The position numbers and the translations under genes are program-made. 64,000 bases of DNA from Octopus bimaculoides (taxonomy: Eukaryota): NCBI RefSeq assembly GCF_001194135.2, contig NC_068986.1:115882216-115946215 (forward strand), read 5' to 3'. Shown here in pieces: positions 1 to 15,024 of this stretch (the first letter of the stretch is position 1; each line of letters opens with the position of its first letter). The notes under the pieces were generated by a model that saw only the letters and a list, made by a program, of their open reading frames with translations, had not been told where the DNA came from and searched no databases.

Positions 1-217
1 ACCATTTCGAGCGTGGCCGTTTTCGTGCGGGTGACACGTAAAAGCACCCACTACACTCTCTGAGTGGTTGGCGTTAGGAAGGGCATCCAGCTGTAGAAAC
101 TCTGCCAAATTAGACTGGAGCCTGGTGTTGCCATCCGGTTTCACCAGTCCTCAGTCAAATCGTCCAACCCATGCTAGCATGGAAAGCGGACGTTAAACGA
201 TGATGATGATGATGATG
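1..217 (+). mobile_element. RTE-type 3' tail ending in (GAT)n. More than 20 further copies across the window (e.g. 7843-, 11760+, 13418-, 18763-, 27600+, 37420+, 42247+, 46710-, 49770-, 50150+)
   Basis: Same as the 3' end of the RTE copy at 28969-29186 (aagggcatccagctgtagaaac...gttaaacgatgat). Confidence 0.9.
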
Positions 218-786
218 ATAAACAAACACACACACACAGAGGAGCATGCACATGTACGTGCATATACATCTACACATATATACAAACAGTCACACATGTA
301 CACATACACTCACATGCACACAAGCGTACACACACATACACACACACGTACAGCACACACATGCACACATGCACACATGCACACATATACTCGTCGAGTC
401 ACCCTCACACTGGTAGACATGTTGATCCAATCTGAAAATTTAAGGAAAACTTCAAAAAAACATAAAAGTTGATTAATAAAAATAAACAGCAGCAACAACA
501 ACATTAAAAAAGGTGTGGGAGGGGGGCAACTGAGGTGTTGTGACATTCATTCATTTCTGAAGAGCATTTAGGACCTTTGTTAAGATTTATTCTTATACAA
601 AGCAGAGGTCTACAGTTGAGGGAATCAACCTCAGCATATTACCGGTATGTTGTGAGAGGAGCAAACATGGCCGTTTAGTTAAGAAGCTTGGGTTCAATCC
701 ATTTCTGTGGTACCTTGCACAAGGGCCTTCTACAATAGCCTTGTGAGTGAATTTGGTAGATAGAAACTGAAAGAAACCTATTGTAT

Positions 787-826
<40 letters not shown>

Positions 827-1883
827 TACATGTATTTTATGCATGTTTGTATGTGTTTTGAGATCATGTGATGGTTATAAACATGCACCACTTGTCATTT
901 GTTTCCATTTGTCCATGAAAAACATGCCTGGTTATGGGGAAGCTTTACCTTGCTTGATAATAGGTAAGGGTCGGTGACAGGGAGGGCATCTGAATGCAGA
1001 AAATCTGCCTCGAAATTCCATCAGACCCATGGACATTAAAAGCAGAATTAAGGTATGGGTGTTTTACAACAACCATATTCTTGATATTAAACAAGATCAG
1101 AAATCTGGCAAATTGATACCAGTATATGATTGGAACTTAATTGACCTTGAGGGATAAGTTGACCTGGGCAAGACTTTTAATAGAAATGAAAGTACTTCAG
1201 CCATAGACCAGTGGCTGAAAAGAGTCATGAGGCAGAGGCTCTAAACACAACAAGGTATTTAGTCTGTCGCATTACTGCTTCTTAAATCTGACCAATTATA
1301 TTAATAAATCACAACATGGAAGCACAAATGTTAGACAGAAGCAGGTGTGGCTTTGTGGTAAGAAGTTTGCTTCCCAACTGCATTGCTTTAGGTTCGATCC
1401 CACTGAGTGGCACCTTGAGCAAATGTATTCTTTTGTGGCCCCAAGCCAACCCAAGCTTTGTGAATGTGTGGTGTATAGGTGTGTTAATGTCTCCTTGCCT
1501 TGACATCACCAGATAGGTGTAAACATGTGTCATTGTCATGCTAGCAGTGTCACCCATTGCCAATCTTCCATGGAGACACGTCAGCTGACAGGTAAATGTA
1601 ACCTTACTTGGAAACAAGTGAAGGTAGGTGAGAGAAAGATTGCCTCAACGAATCCTGTCTGACCCATGCGAGCATGGAAAAGTGAACATTAAAACAATGA
1701 TGATGATGCTTCACAATTACTAAAAGCATGGAAGAATGATAAAAAAGATGGGTGAAATGTGAATTGATACTTTATGGATTCCATCATCCATCACCTCTTC
1801 AAATAATAAAAGAACGTCTCTTTAGGGAATATAATCTGGGGTTTCACATAAATTTTGTTGTTGTTGCTTTACAATTCTTTGAA

Positions 1884-1923
<40 letters not shown>

Positions 1924-2389
1924 ATATATATATATATACATGTATGTATATACACACACATATACATATACCTAGTGACAAAGATAGAGGCAAGCTTGAT
2001 TATCTCTCTTTTAATTTCCTTTATTACTGATACAGCTTTGCTACTGTGCTGCAAATATTCAATGTCAGTTACATTCATTTGAATTTAAAAATATAAAATA
2101 ACAGTCGTAACCCCATTCCATAGTCTTTACCATTGCTGTTAAGCTTCTATATTTGATGGCATATAAGACACACCTCAATGTCAGCAGCCCATTTTCAGGA
2201 GAAAATGGTTCCAGTGCATTAAAGAATGTTATATTGAAGGCAATTTAGCAAATACATTACAAAAGTACTGTTTGAAGTAGAGCAGAACATAAAGCAAGAA
2301 ATAACCAGAGTGAAAATATCCTACATGATTACAGTAATAAAATGGCCAATGTTATGATAATACTTTTACAGGACAAGTAATACTAGGAG

Positions 2390-2723
2390 AGGAGACCACC
2401 CCGCTTCAGTCATGAATGACCATGGGATTGCACCTAGAAGGTTAGCCTCCCAGGCACAAATCCAGGCAAGGTTGTTTATGGAAGACCAGCAGTCGCCCAT
2501 GCATACCAGCCTCTCCTCTCTACACCACTGGTGTTGTCCCAGGGAAAGGCAAAGGGGCCGATACAGCTTGGCACCTGTGATGTCGCAACTCATTTCTACA
2601 GCTGAGTTAACTGGAGCAACGTGAAATAAAGTGTCTTGCTCAAGAACACAACATGCAGCCCAGTCCAGGAATCAAACTCACAACTTAACGATCGTAAGCT
2701 CGATGCTCTAACCACTGAGCCAT
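2390..2723 (-). mobile_element. Full-length tRNA-derived SINE with CORE-like segment
   Basis: A box TGGCTCAGTGG, B box GTTTGATTCC and CORE-like GTGTTCTTGAGCAAGACACTT. Confidence 0.75.
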
Positions 2724-5018
2724 AATAATGTTTAAGTAAATATTATCATGAAGTTAAGCTAGGTAGAAGAGACTATTTATATTAAAATTAGTAGCCTAAT
2801 GTAGTGAGCATTAAGGCAAATTTAGCTTATAGGAAACAAACTTCACATATAAGGGCTGGGGGGATTTGGGGAGATTTTGTCTTTCTTTTTTATTTAAATG
2901 CATCTTATATGCTTATATGTCATGAAATATAGTAACTGACAAGGCAAAGTATTCAAGCCTATGGAATTTTCAAAAGTCATAAGATAATCAAATATGCTGC
3001 TTATCGTACTCGTATATATATTAGATGTAGTTTGCTTGAAGCATTGTAGAATCTGTAGAAAATTAGTGTTATAGAAGGCAAGTGTGATGCAAGATTAAAT
3101 ATCAACAATATTAATAAGATACTGAAATACTACTTGGAAATATTTAAGTATTCTTAATATGTCGGTTATGAACTTCTCTATTTTATAAAGCTATTAAAAG
3201 AACAAGACAAAAGATGTAAATTGTGACCCATTATGTTGGCATATTGAATCACTGTACATGATATTCAAATTACCACATGTGTAACCAAGTGGAATGTTGT
3301 TTCATGGGCTATCATATATGATAACAGCGACTGGCACACATTCAACTCTGACCAATTGCTGGATTGCAGTTTTTGATCAAGATGACTTCCTTTATCCACA
3401 AGTTACTAATATTAAAGTAACAGCAATGGCCTTATCTTGTTCCAGCATTTTTGAAGGTATTTTTTGAAAGTGAAAGTGAAAGTAAGTGGAAATTTATTGA
3501 TTGGGATGTGTAATAACTAAATCATGCTGCTGATGTTACATCTGCCTCTTTTGAGAAGCATAGGATCTGATAGACAACCTGAGTGTGCAGACACTTCATT
3601 ACTGGAAATGGAGCAATTGATCAACACACATAGGTTCCTGTTGTCAGGAATCCATTTCTTTGATAAGCATTCTGTAGGGAAGTTCCTAAAGTGTATCTAG
3701 CCTTTCTTAATACATGGCTTTGTGGAGAGCAGCAGTTGTACCGTTGCTACAGTAGTTGAAGGCCACAATAACAGTAACTCATTCACACTGGCCACCTGCC
3801 CTATTTGCAACATGGATATGAGCCTATACACTTCTCTCATATATCAGATCTAGAGTGCTAAATGCAGCAAAAATTACATTGTCTGCATGATTTGATCATT
3901 ACAGATCCAAGTCAATGAGCATCTCCACAAGCCAACAACTAACAACCAGCTAGAATAGACTCGTGACCCAGTTCTTCCTTACAAATGTACATCCAACAAC
4001 AATAACAGCCCATGGAGCACAATCTGAAATCCCAAACTCCACATTACACATAAACTAAATATCAAACACAATGAGTCGACCTGCCAACATAATGGACGCA
4101 AGATTTATCGTTCCCTCTTGTTCTCTTAATGCATTTGCAAAGGGGTCCTTAACCTGAAATCTCAATACTACTAAAATGTTTCTATGGTAACATTTCAATA
4201 TCTTTTATATTTAGATTTTTGACATTTAATGTTTCATCTGCATTGACTTCGATAACAAACTGATTTTCTCTACACACAAATACATTAGATATACATTTTA
4301 CATTACATATATACATATATATAAAATCATTAACATACAAACATTTGCATAATTTATGAGATCTCATGTTTAAATAAAAGATATATGGGAATGATTTCAG
4401 ATTGACATTCAAGTAATGAAATTAACAGGACAAGAGTACATGTCTAAACAGTTTCATTTTTTTCATTTTATTTTTAGAACTTGCATACAGGAACCACCAA
4501 AAGCACAAAAGATTAAGAATCACAGAATTAACCAGTGTCTTTCTTTGTAAACGTTTTGTATTCCTTGCTAACGGAATTAAATTCAGATAATTCAAAATTC
4601 ACAAAAGAAGTAATAAAAAAAAAACAACAGACAACACATAATAATACATCTAAATAGAACATGCAATTGAACAAACACACATACAAGAGTGAATAGATAC
4701 ATACATATATTTATACACATTCAGATATGTGTGTGTGTGCGTGTGTACATGTGCATGTGTGTATACATGTGTGGGTGTGGTTTCTTATGTAGGTAGAAAG
4801 TCAGTTGTTTACTATTATTATTATTATTATTATTATTAGAGGGAAATATTATTTGGCGGGGGCTGTAGCATTCATGCACATCCTCGAGGTGTTAGTGAAT
4901 TAAGTAAAGCAATTCTTGTTAGAGACAAACAGACCACACAGAAACAAGTCAAGATTTTATTATCCTGCTGTTATGTTCCCACTATACAAATACATAGGTG
5001 TTTACATGTGTAAGCAAG

Positions 5019-5058
<40 letters not shown>

Positions 5059-6909
5059 ATAAACAAGATTATATTTAATCAACCTATATTTAATCAAACA
5101 CTTTCATGTTTTTGAACCACAAAATAAATACAATTTCATAAAATCTGATATATATATATATATATTTGTGCATCTGTTTTTAAAATAGGTACACTGGATC
5201 CCCAAATGTTGTAAGAGGCAAAGGGTGGCATGTGGAAGGGCATCCAGCTGTAAAATATCATCTCAAAAAGGTCCCATCCAACTCATGCCAGCATGGAGAA
5301 GAGGATGTAAAAACAATGATGAGGATGAAAATGATGATGATCACACGTATATATTTTCTAATATATGTCTCAGTACATCTTTATACAATACAAATGGAAT
5401 GCTCAATACTCATAAGTAGAGCTGAAATCACATACATTTATCTGTACTTTTTTTTTGTTTCAGAATTCCTTCGATACAGGTTATATCAAAAATACAAAAA
5501 CGTTTACAGTTATTATGATTAAGGTTAAATGAGTCCAAATCTCATATATACGGTCCACCCCAACACATCTTCACCACCATCTTCTCTCACACTCCTCCTC
5601 TCTTTCCCAATTGTGGTACCCATGCATCTCCTCTACAACAAAAGCGCCTGTTTCTGTCCCTCTACTCATACTCTAACCTCTTGTCACCCTAAAGCCACCC
5701 ACCTCAATATTACTCCTTCCTTCAGTTGAGGGGGGGGGGTCTTCTCTTCAAAGTTACTTGGTGACCTCACCAGTGCTGGTACCAAGGAAAAAAACACCCA
5801 GACGACACTCTGTAAAACGGCTGAATTTGGAAGAGCATTCAGTTGTACAAGCCATGCTAAAGCAGACAGTGAAGCTTGGCACAATCCTCTGGCTTGGCAC
5901 AATCCTCTGGCTTGGCACAATCCTCTAGCCTGCCAGCTCTTATCAAACTGTCCAACCCATGCCAGCATAGGAAACAGGTGTTAAACCGTGGTGAATGAAA
6001 ACAATGGTTACTTCTAAGAGTGAGTGGAAAATTGTTTCAAAAACATCTCAGTCCATTTGCACCTATTTTCAATTATCTTTTGTGGAAAATCCCCAACAGA
6101 TAACAACTCTTACAAGAGCTGTACCTGAACATCTGGCACACATGGAGTGAACTGTCCACCCATTTAGTAGGGTAACAGATGGGGAAAAAACAAGGTTTGA
6201 TAATTGCAATCAAAACTCCATCTGATCATCGACCAACTACAATACAAAATTTACTATTTTCTTGTGCATGTACATTATTTAAATCACTGTCCCTGTCTGT
6301 CTGTCTGTCTGTTTCCATATGTATATTATATATTATATATCATATATTAGCTGGGGATAACTAGAGGCCCATAATTTTATGTTTCAAGTCTGTAGCAAGA
6401 ACCTTGTGCATAGCAGCCATCAGATAAACCTGGAAGTAGAGTATCTCTGTAAAAGATGAATTTTAGTTGTATGATACAAACCAAACCAAAATTTATTCAT
6501 TGTTTCCAGATCTACTTGAAATTTACCAGAGACAAGAAACTTAAACCATGAACCTATAGTGATCACTATCATCTCTGATCTTAGGTGTAGTTAGGTATAG
6601 GGTTAAACAGATTTTTATTCATACAGTCTGCGAATAATTATAGTTCAGCAAAGTCAAAATGCTGTTCTATGGTGAATGTGAAGCAGATAACAATAAGCAA
6701 TTCACTTTACTACTTATATTCAGTTCTTTTGTTTGTAATAACAATTATGATTTTATAAGTGTACATCTGTGTATAATGTGCTTGTGTTTATATCTGTGTG
6801 TGTATATATATCTATGTATGTATATATATCTATGTATGTATAGTTATATGTATGTATATGTGTCTCTGTGCAGTATCTTAAGGCAAGAAAAAGGCAAGAA
6901 TTATCTAAC

Positions 6910-7085
6910 CTGCATCATTTTTTGAATCCTCGACATCAAGTTGGTGGCTGGTATTTGTCTCTTTGTGAACTGGTTGTGTTTCTAAAATGACAGAATTTCT
7001 TGAACTGTGATGGACTGGTGGGGTGATTGTACAGTTCTGAGACCGATTCATCACTGACATTTCGATATATTCCTCAGAATCACTG
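6910..7085 (-). CDS. PCNX: Pecanex coding exon 3 (SSDSEEYIEMSVMNRSQNCTITPPVHHSSRNSVILETQPVHKETNTSHQLDVEDSKNDA)
   Basis: Long pyrimidine tract, tandem TAG/CAG acceptor with phase-2 entry matching the exon 2 exit, and donor CAG|GTTAGA (phase 1). Homology is not recognisable here because this region is low-complexity and divergent. Confidence 0.7.
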
Positions 7086-9585
7086 CTAGACAGGGACCAG
7101 TAGGTACACGCAACAGAAACAGGGAAAAAAAAAGGGAGAAGCAGTTGTAGAAATAACAAATATCAGAGGTAGGACAGTAGCATCATCATCATTAACATCA
7201 ACAACATTATTACTGTCATCATAATCCACATTTATTTGTTAATTAGCTCCAGATCCAATGTAAACTGTGATCAAACACAATCCATTTATGAGCATCCCAC
7301 CTTTTATTCAGATACTGTATCTAAGAGTTACATTATCCAATGTAACCTTCTTTTTTATAAGATGGTAGCAGAGGTGTGATTTGAGAGAAATTAAGCAGCT
7401 ATTTCTAACAGGTCAAGCAACGACATAGTCTGATTGACTCCATCATTTTCATTTATGCCATTCTGATAATGTCAACTGCTGAAACAATTTGAATGGAAGT
7501 GAACTCCTGACAAGACAACAACCATTGCCCCGCTCAGTAATAAAGCCCAAATCACTGTTTGTCAGATGAGATCTAAGTCTCCCTGCAAGGGAAAAAGTGT
7601 TAATGATTGGAAAGGGAGGAGACAAATTGCAATGCTTGTATGCCTTAGCTCATAAGATTGACTTTAGATTAACCCTTTCGTTACTGACCCGGCTGAAACT
7701 GGCTCTGGTCTTGTAGTACAAATGTCTTGTTTTCATAAAATCTGAATTAAAATCTTCCATCAAACCTCAGTCACAATTTATGTTCCTAACATCAACTTAA
7801 TTATAACTAAGTTATTTTTACTAAATTCTTTGTTAACATCATCATCATCATTTAACGTCTGCTTTCCATGCTGGCATGAGTTGGATGATTTGACTGAGGA
7901 TTGGTGAAACCAGATGGCTACACAAGGCTCCAATCTGGTCTGGCAGAGTTTCTACAGCTGGATGCCCTTCCTAACACCAATATTAACAATAATTGGAAGA
8001 AACACAGAGCATCTCAAAAGGGTTAAACAACACCACCACCATCATCATCATCATCATCATAATCACATCAACACATCACACATCTATTACTGCTAACAAT
8101 GTGGGTTTTAGCCATTAACAGAACATCATCTGTCTCCTCAATACTTTGAATGTGTCTGTTGCTGGGTAACCCAGTAGCAGAATCTTAAAGGTAATTTAAA
8201 AGGCTATTTCAATACACTCAAAACAACGGCAGGGCATACTCATAATTATTTCCAGAGTTTCTAAAACTGGCAGAGGGCAGGAAGGATTTTATCCCCAGTC
8301 TGGAGACCTGTGTAATCAAGGGCTGGCTGGGTGGTGGCATTAAACCAAAGAATGGAATAAATTTACCAATCAAGAAGAGTTATCATCCATTCCATAAACT
8401 CCCACACAGTTCCTGTCGACTTAATTCCACAGTCAAGACTCAGAATTACTCAATGTTATAGTAGTCCTGCACTGAGATTGAACCCAGAACCACATGAATG
8501 CAAAAGCAAACTTCTTAGCCACAGGGCCATGCCAACAGCCACGAAGTCTGTGGTCAGTGAGTAAATATTTGAACTAACAAAACAAATCTAATCACACAGA
8601 GCAACTTAGAGACATTAGAATTCGTTTGAAGTGGATGATTTCATGCAATGTTCACTATCACAGAGAAATCATCCGAGGATTGAGGACATTCAATGAAAAA
8701 TGTCTGAGCCTCCAGACCATTTTTAGAAACAATAGTTGCATGGTTATGGATGGTCATGTGGCATGTCAAAGGATCACTGAAGGTTGTCATAAAACTATTG
8801 ATGTGTCTCTGGCCATAATATGGAAAATATTGTATTTGATGGCATGTAAGATGCACTTATCTTTTATCCAAATCATCATCATCAGCAGCATTAAATGTCT
8901 GTTTTCTATGTTAGCATGCGTTGGAATGGTTTGACTGGAATTGGCAAGACCAGGAGCTACCCCAGGCTCCAATGTCTGTTTTAGCATGGGTTCTATGGCT
9001 GGATGCCCTTCCAAAAGCCAGTCACTTTCTTGGTTGCTTTTTACATGGCACCAGCACAAGTTCTTTTTATGTGGCACCATCATCGACAGTGTCACCAGGT
9101 GTGTTTTGCAAGATAAAAATCCCTAGAAATGTACAGTCCAGGTCCTATGTGCAAAGTTGGGTTTAGAAGGTCAAGTGACCACATAGAGATAACCTTCAGT
9201 GACTTCAAAGGATTTCTTTATACCCCTATTTGCATATAGAGTATATATCAATTCATGTGTGTTGTATAGAGCTTATGAAGGTGGTCTCATACACAAACAC
9301 CATCAACCCCTGAACATTACTGCCTCAAGTCCATGGACACATTATGGCCGGCTACTTGGTTTCCATGACATGTAAGTGACCAAGATCACAACATTCTCCA
9401 TTGAACAGGACACCAGTCCATCGCAGGGTTAAGATAAAATGAAGTGTTTTATTCAAGAATACAATGCACTACCTGGTCTGGGAATTGAAACCACAATCTT
9501 GCGATCGTGAATGCAACACCCTAACCACAAGGCCACATGCCTTCACAGACACAACACTGCACTAAAACATAACCAAAAGTCAAAC

Positions 9586-9806
9586 CTATTATCGCCATTC
9601 TTGTGGTTACTCTTGGCACTGGAACGACGAGAATCAACTTTGGTCTGTGAAGTATTCTTCTCAGCAAACTTGTCCAGTGCCTCTTCAAAGCCTTCCGAAG
9701 TGTCGAACATGTGATGAAGTTTATAGTTGATACTCTTTATAATGGCAAACACTAGCCCTACTACTCCGCAGTATATCATCCATACAAAGATCGATGTGGC
9801 AACGGT
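9586..9806 (-). CDS. PCNX: Pecanex coding exon 2 (TVATSIFVWMIYCGVVGLVFAIIKSINYKLHHMFDTSEGFEE...NGDN), includes the second TM helix
   Basis: Pyrimidine tract plus ttgcag acceptor (phase 0) and donor AG|GTTTGA (phase 2). The peptide matches PCNX1 [28 protein letters not shown]. In frame with exon 1. Confidence 0.92.
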
Positions 9807-11307
9807 CTGCAACAAGAATAGCAAAAACATCAGAATGAGAATATTAAACAAAACTAAAATTTAAAAAATATAGTAAATATGTATATATATAAAATAATCC
9901 CCCAGAGTTAGGAGAAATTAATGGCAGTCTATATTGGCAAAGTGGTTTTTGATGTAGTGCTGCATAAAGTGTAGTATTTGTGTAAACCTGTAAACCTGTT
10001 AGTCACACATTTTCAGACAGGGGCAGGGGCACAGATCTCTAACTGTTACACTGCTCTCACCTATGGCTCTCAGAATTCAGTAGCAAACACCAATGGCCAT
10101 ACTACGGTACCTCACTTTGGCTAATGAGCAAAGCTAAAGAGGGTATCAAGCAATCTTGGCAGGATTACTGTCCAGGGCATGTCAGCCCTTTTGAGCACAA
10201 GGAACCCAATATGGACAATGGCTCAGAGGGCATGATAGCAAGATGTGGGTGCATCTAGGGTAATCTCGACAGAATACAAACTTGTAGCCAGCCTCAGTGG
10301 ACGGAATTAGGACCCCACTATGTACAAAATTTCATCCACATTTAATGTCTGTTCTCTATGCTGACATGAACTGGATAGTTTGACAGGAGCTGGTTTGAAA
10401 GAAGTTGCCCAGGCTCCATTCTGTTTGTGTTGGATGCCCTTCCTAACACCAACCACTTCACAGAATGTACTGAGTACTTTTAACATGCCACCAGCACAGG
10501 CGTTTTTATGTGACACTAACACGGGTGCCGGTGTCATGCATCCTAGACTACTTGAATAGCAGTCCTTGATATTCAACCTGCTGAAAGCAGATAGGACCTA
10601 AGAATAGAATAAAATGTCAGCAAGGTTAGTATGGTATGAGGTGCAGAGATTATATGCTCTTCATTAGATAGAAAAGAAAAAAAAGAAACATTTCTCTTTC
10701 TCCCCTAATGATGAAGAGATTACCTTCAACATGTTAGGATTCTTGCCCTCCATCCCACAAGTAATAAGAATGATTTACTTCTATTTACAGGGCATCAGTG
10801 GTCCTTAAATAATCAGTCTTGAAAAGACACAGGTATACAGACCGGTATGCTTCAGCCCCATGTCAGCCCTGAATGAGCAGACCTATGATTCAAGGCATTT
10901 TACTATGACCATCCCATCTTTATTGTTCACACAGTACACCCTGAATAATATTACCAAAGTTTGTTTGATTTTTAATAATGTAGGGTGTGGCTTGAGGGAG
11001 ATTTAGCTGCTATTTGGTTGCTGAGTGGAAGTGGCTTCAGACCAGTCCACTTCCACAAGCAGAGGTGAATGTAGGAGCTGATAGAGAGAGAGTCAGGGTT
11101 TGACTGCTATTTCAAGCATGATGGTATCTCTTAGATACCCTTATTTATAATTTTATATGTATGTATGTATGTACACACACACATATACATGGATCCTGAG
11201 ATAAACACATACAAACACATACTATGTTTGGAAAAAACTAGTATACAGGTATGCATGTATATCTATATAATTAGCTACCTTCACTAGTGTTTACTTATAT
11301 ATATCGC

Positions 11308-11739
11308 GGCACTGCATCGGTCATGAGGACGAGGGTTCCGGCTGAACTGATCAATGGAACAGCCTGCTCGGGAAATTAACGTGCAAGTGGCTGAGCACTC
11401 CACAGACATGTGTACCCTTAACGTAGTTCTCAGGGAGATTCAGCATGACACAGGGTGTAACAAGGCTGGCCCTTTGAAATAAAGGTACAATAGAAACAGG
11501 AAGAAAGAGTGAGAGAAAGTTGTGGTGAAGGAGTACAACAGGGTTTGCCACTACCCCCTGTTAGGGCCTTGTAGAGATTTAGGTGTTTTCNNNNNNNNNN
11601 CAGGGTTTGCCACTACCCCCTGTTAGGGCCTTGTAGAGATTTAGGTGTTTTCATTCAATAAACACTCACAACGCCCGGTCTGGGAATCGAAACCGTGGTC
11701 CTATGACCGTGAGTCCAATGCCCTAACCACTAGGCCATT
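11308..11739 (-). mobile_element. tRNA-derived SINE (second family; a headless copy is at 41941-42215 +)
   Basis: A box TGGCCTAGTGG and B box GTTTCGATTCC. The body is shared with 41941-42215. Confidence 0.75.
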
Positions 11740-11968
11740 CTGCTTCCACATATATATGCCAGTACCACATTGACTGGCTTCCATGCCAGTGGCACATAAA
11801 AGCACCCACTACACTCTCGGAGTGGTTGGCGTTAGGAAGGGCATCCAGCTGTAGAAACTCTGCCAGATCAGATTGGAGCCTGGTGCAGCTTCCTGGCTTC
11901 CCAGACCCCAGTCAAAGCGTCCAGCCCATGCCAGCATGGGAAATGGACGTTAAACGATGAAGATGATG

Positions 11969-12007
<39 letters not shown>

Positions 12008-12017
12008 NNNNNNNNNN

Positions 12018-12055
<38 letters not shown>

Positions 12056-15024
12056 TGCATACACACAGATACATGCTTACATATGAAAGTTTACTGCATG
12101 TGAGTGCTTGTCAATATGTATAAATGTATGTGATGTGTATGTACATATGAATCATGCATGTGTGTGTGTGTGTGTGTGTGTGTGTTGTCTGAGTGCATGT
12201 AGATGTTAGTCAAGTTATGGCAGTAGGAATTAGTTACAGCTCCCACTCCCGTAAAAGCTTGAGCAGACATTTGAAGGAAGAGAGAGGAATAAGCAAGGGA
12301 GAGGGGACAGCGAAGTGCATGGGATGGGGAGATGGAGAACAAGAAAAGCAAAACCACATGAGGGGGAGAATAGGGGACGGATACTAGACAAACAGGTGGG
12401 GGAGTTAAGTAGGGGGTGGAGGGCAGATAATGAAGGAATTTTAACCAAAGTAATAACAGACCCTGCATGGCTTGTACAATGAAGCTTAATAGATAATTCT
12501 TACTGGTTATGTCGGTGTACGTGGAGTTGGGGAAATGTATTGTTCCTAAAATATGATACTTCAGCTTATTATGTTGGTAGCTTACATGACAGGCACAACA
12601 AGTGCCCCTGGGGCCCACCTTAATACTCCACCCCACCCCCCACACATACATTATTGACACAGTTTAACCAACCACCTCAGGGGGTTTTAATTGCAATATG
12701 TAACCTCCCACAACACATGCATTTGGTTGTGCGTGTATATATATGTAGACATGTATGTATATGCATATATACATATACACACATGCATATATGTACACTC
12801 AACTGTGTATGTATGTATACATACATGTATCCTCATACACGAGTGTAAGTAGACACACGCACACACATTAAAATGTTTTGTAAATATTACTTGATACAGT
12901 CACAATATTTTCTCAAAAGAATCTTAGAAGAAAGAGTATGACACAAACCTGTTGGAATTAAGTTTTCATATTGTGTGTGTAAAACACTTGTTATGGGATA
13001 AACATGTTTGAAGAATTGAACAAAAGTGCTTACACACACACAGACACACACACACAATATGTAAACTTCAATCCAAAAGGCTCGTGTCACTCTGCTTTTG
13101 TAAGATTTTCTTAAAATAATAACGTTTAAAGAAAATCTTTCTATGCATGGCTCTGTGTGATAAGACATTTGCTTCCAGGTTCAGATCCACTTTGTGACAC
13201 CTTGGGCAAGTGTCTTCTACAGCTTCAAGGCTGACCAAAGCCTTGTCAACGGATTTAGCAGATAGAAACTTAAAGAAGCCCATTGTATATGTATATATAT
13301 AAATGTGTGTGGTTATGTGTGTGTTTGTATTTGTCCCCCACCACTACTTGACAACAGGTGTTGGTGTGATAAAGAATCTATATCAATATAAATATATATA
13401 TATATACACACACACACATCATCATCATCGTTTAACATCCTCTTTCCATGCTGGCATGGGCTGGACAGTTTGACTGAGGACTGGCAAGTCAGGAGGCTGC
13501 ACCAGGCTCCATTCTGACCTAGCAAGGTTTCTACAGCTGGATGCCCTTCCTAATGCCAACCACTCCAAGAGTGTAGTGGGTGCTTTTTACATGCCACCAG
13601 CATGGGAGCCAGTCAGGTGGCACTGGCAACGACCACGCTTGAATGGTGCCTTTTACATGCCACCAGCACAGGTGCCAGTCAAGCAGTACTGGGCATCAGC
13701 CACAACAATGATTTCATTTGACTTAACCATTTCGTTACTGTATTTCTGTTGAGATGCTCTGTGTTTCTTTCAATTAACTCTGAATATAACAAAGAATTTA
13801 GTAAAATAACTTAGTTATCATTAAGTGAGTGTTAGGAACATAAATTGTGACTANNNNNNNNNNNNNNNNNNNNNNNNNNNNNNNNNNNNNNNNNNNNNNN
13901 NNNNNNNNNNNNNNNNNNNNNNNNNNNNNNNNNNNNNNNNNNNNNNNNNNNNNNNNNNNNNNNNNNNNNNNNNNNNNNNNNNNNNNNNNNNNNNNNNNNN
14001 NNNNNNNNNNNNNNNNNNNNNNNNNNNNNNNNNNNNNNNNNNNNNNNNNNNNNNNNNNNNNNNNNNNNNNNNNNNNNNNNNNNNNNNNNNNNNNNNNNNN
14101 NNNNNNNNNNNNNNNNNNNCTTCTCAAGCACAGCATATAGCCCAATGGATGAAGACCGCAAAATAATGCCACTTGTCATTTCTGGTGGCAAAAATAATAG
14201 ACATGAAAATGATATTATGAGAGGTTGTTAATGAGGAGAATACGTGGGAGAGAGAGGTGTACCTGAAGCAGACTAAACAGAGGGATCAGCCATTGAAGTG
14301 GACAGCTTTAGAGTGGTACAAGTGATAAGGAATGGGAAGGGAGAGGGGAAACCAGCCTTCCTCTCTTTCACTGTGATGCCTATGCAAGTAGGGGGGAGCA
14401 AAGATTATTTTAATGCCTACTTCACACTTGCAGAGGTCAGACAAAATCTGTTGAAGCAGATTTTCTACGGCTGGATACTGATCCAATCAGGAACTCTTAC
14501 CACCTTCCAGGCAAGGTAATATTTGCCTTAGTCTTTTCAGCATGAACAACAGAATAGTCACACATGATATCACAGAAAACTGCAAATGGACAACAAGACA
14601 TTAACACAGGAACTCCCACATACACAACTGGCCTTTTTGAATTTCTACTGACCAAATCTACACACTTATTCAAGCCAGGGCTATGCTGGATAAAACACTA
14701 GCCTAGGTGCCAGGCTGTGCAATGCCCACCCACCAAATCACATGGTTACGAAGCAAGCCAACACGCACACACATATATATATTCTTTTATTCTTTTACTT
14801 GTTTCAGTCATTTGACTGCGGCCATGCTGGAGCACTGCCTTTAGTAGAAGACAGTTGCTTAAAGTGCCATACAGTGGGACTAAACCCGGAAGGATGTGGT
14901 TGGTAAGCAAGCTACTTACCACACAGCCNNNNNNNNNNNNNNNNNNNNNNNNNNNNNNNNNNNNNNNNNNNNNNNNNNNNNNNNNNNNNNNNNNNNNNNN
15001 NNNNNNNNNNNNNNNNNNNNNNNN

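Noticed and set aside
4182-4270. Minus-strand ORF tail ENQFVIEVNADETL... as pecanex exon 4
   Set aside because: It needs a phase-2 entry whereas exon 3 exits in phase 1, and a stop here would give a pecanex far shorter than known family members.
5873-5928. Three tandem copies of an 18-mer (ARGLCQ repeat in an ORF)
   Set aside because: Local slippage inside an RTE-type tail; non-coding.
11541-11660. Direct duplication around a 10-N gap; the same pattern occurs at 61198-61270
   Set aside because: Typical unmerged contig overlap, i.e. an assembly artefact.
12091-12660. 189-aa minus-strand ORF and the many other 60-190-aa ORFs
   Set aside because: They overlap microsatellites, SINE/LINE tails or N gaps, and have no recognisable motifs or splice support.
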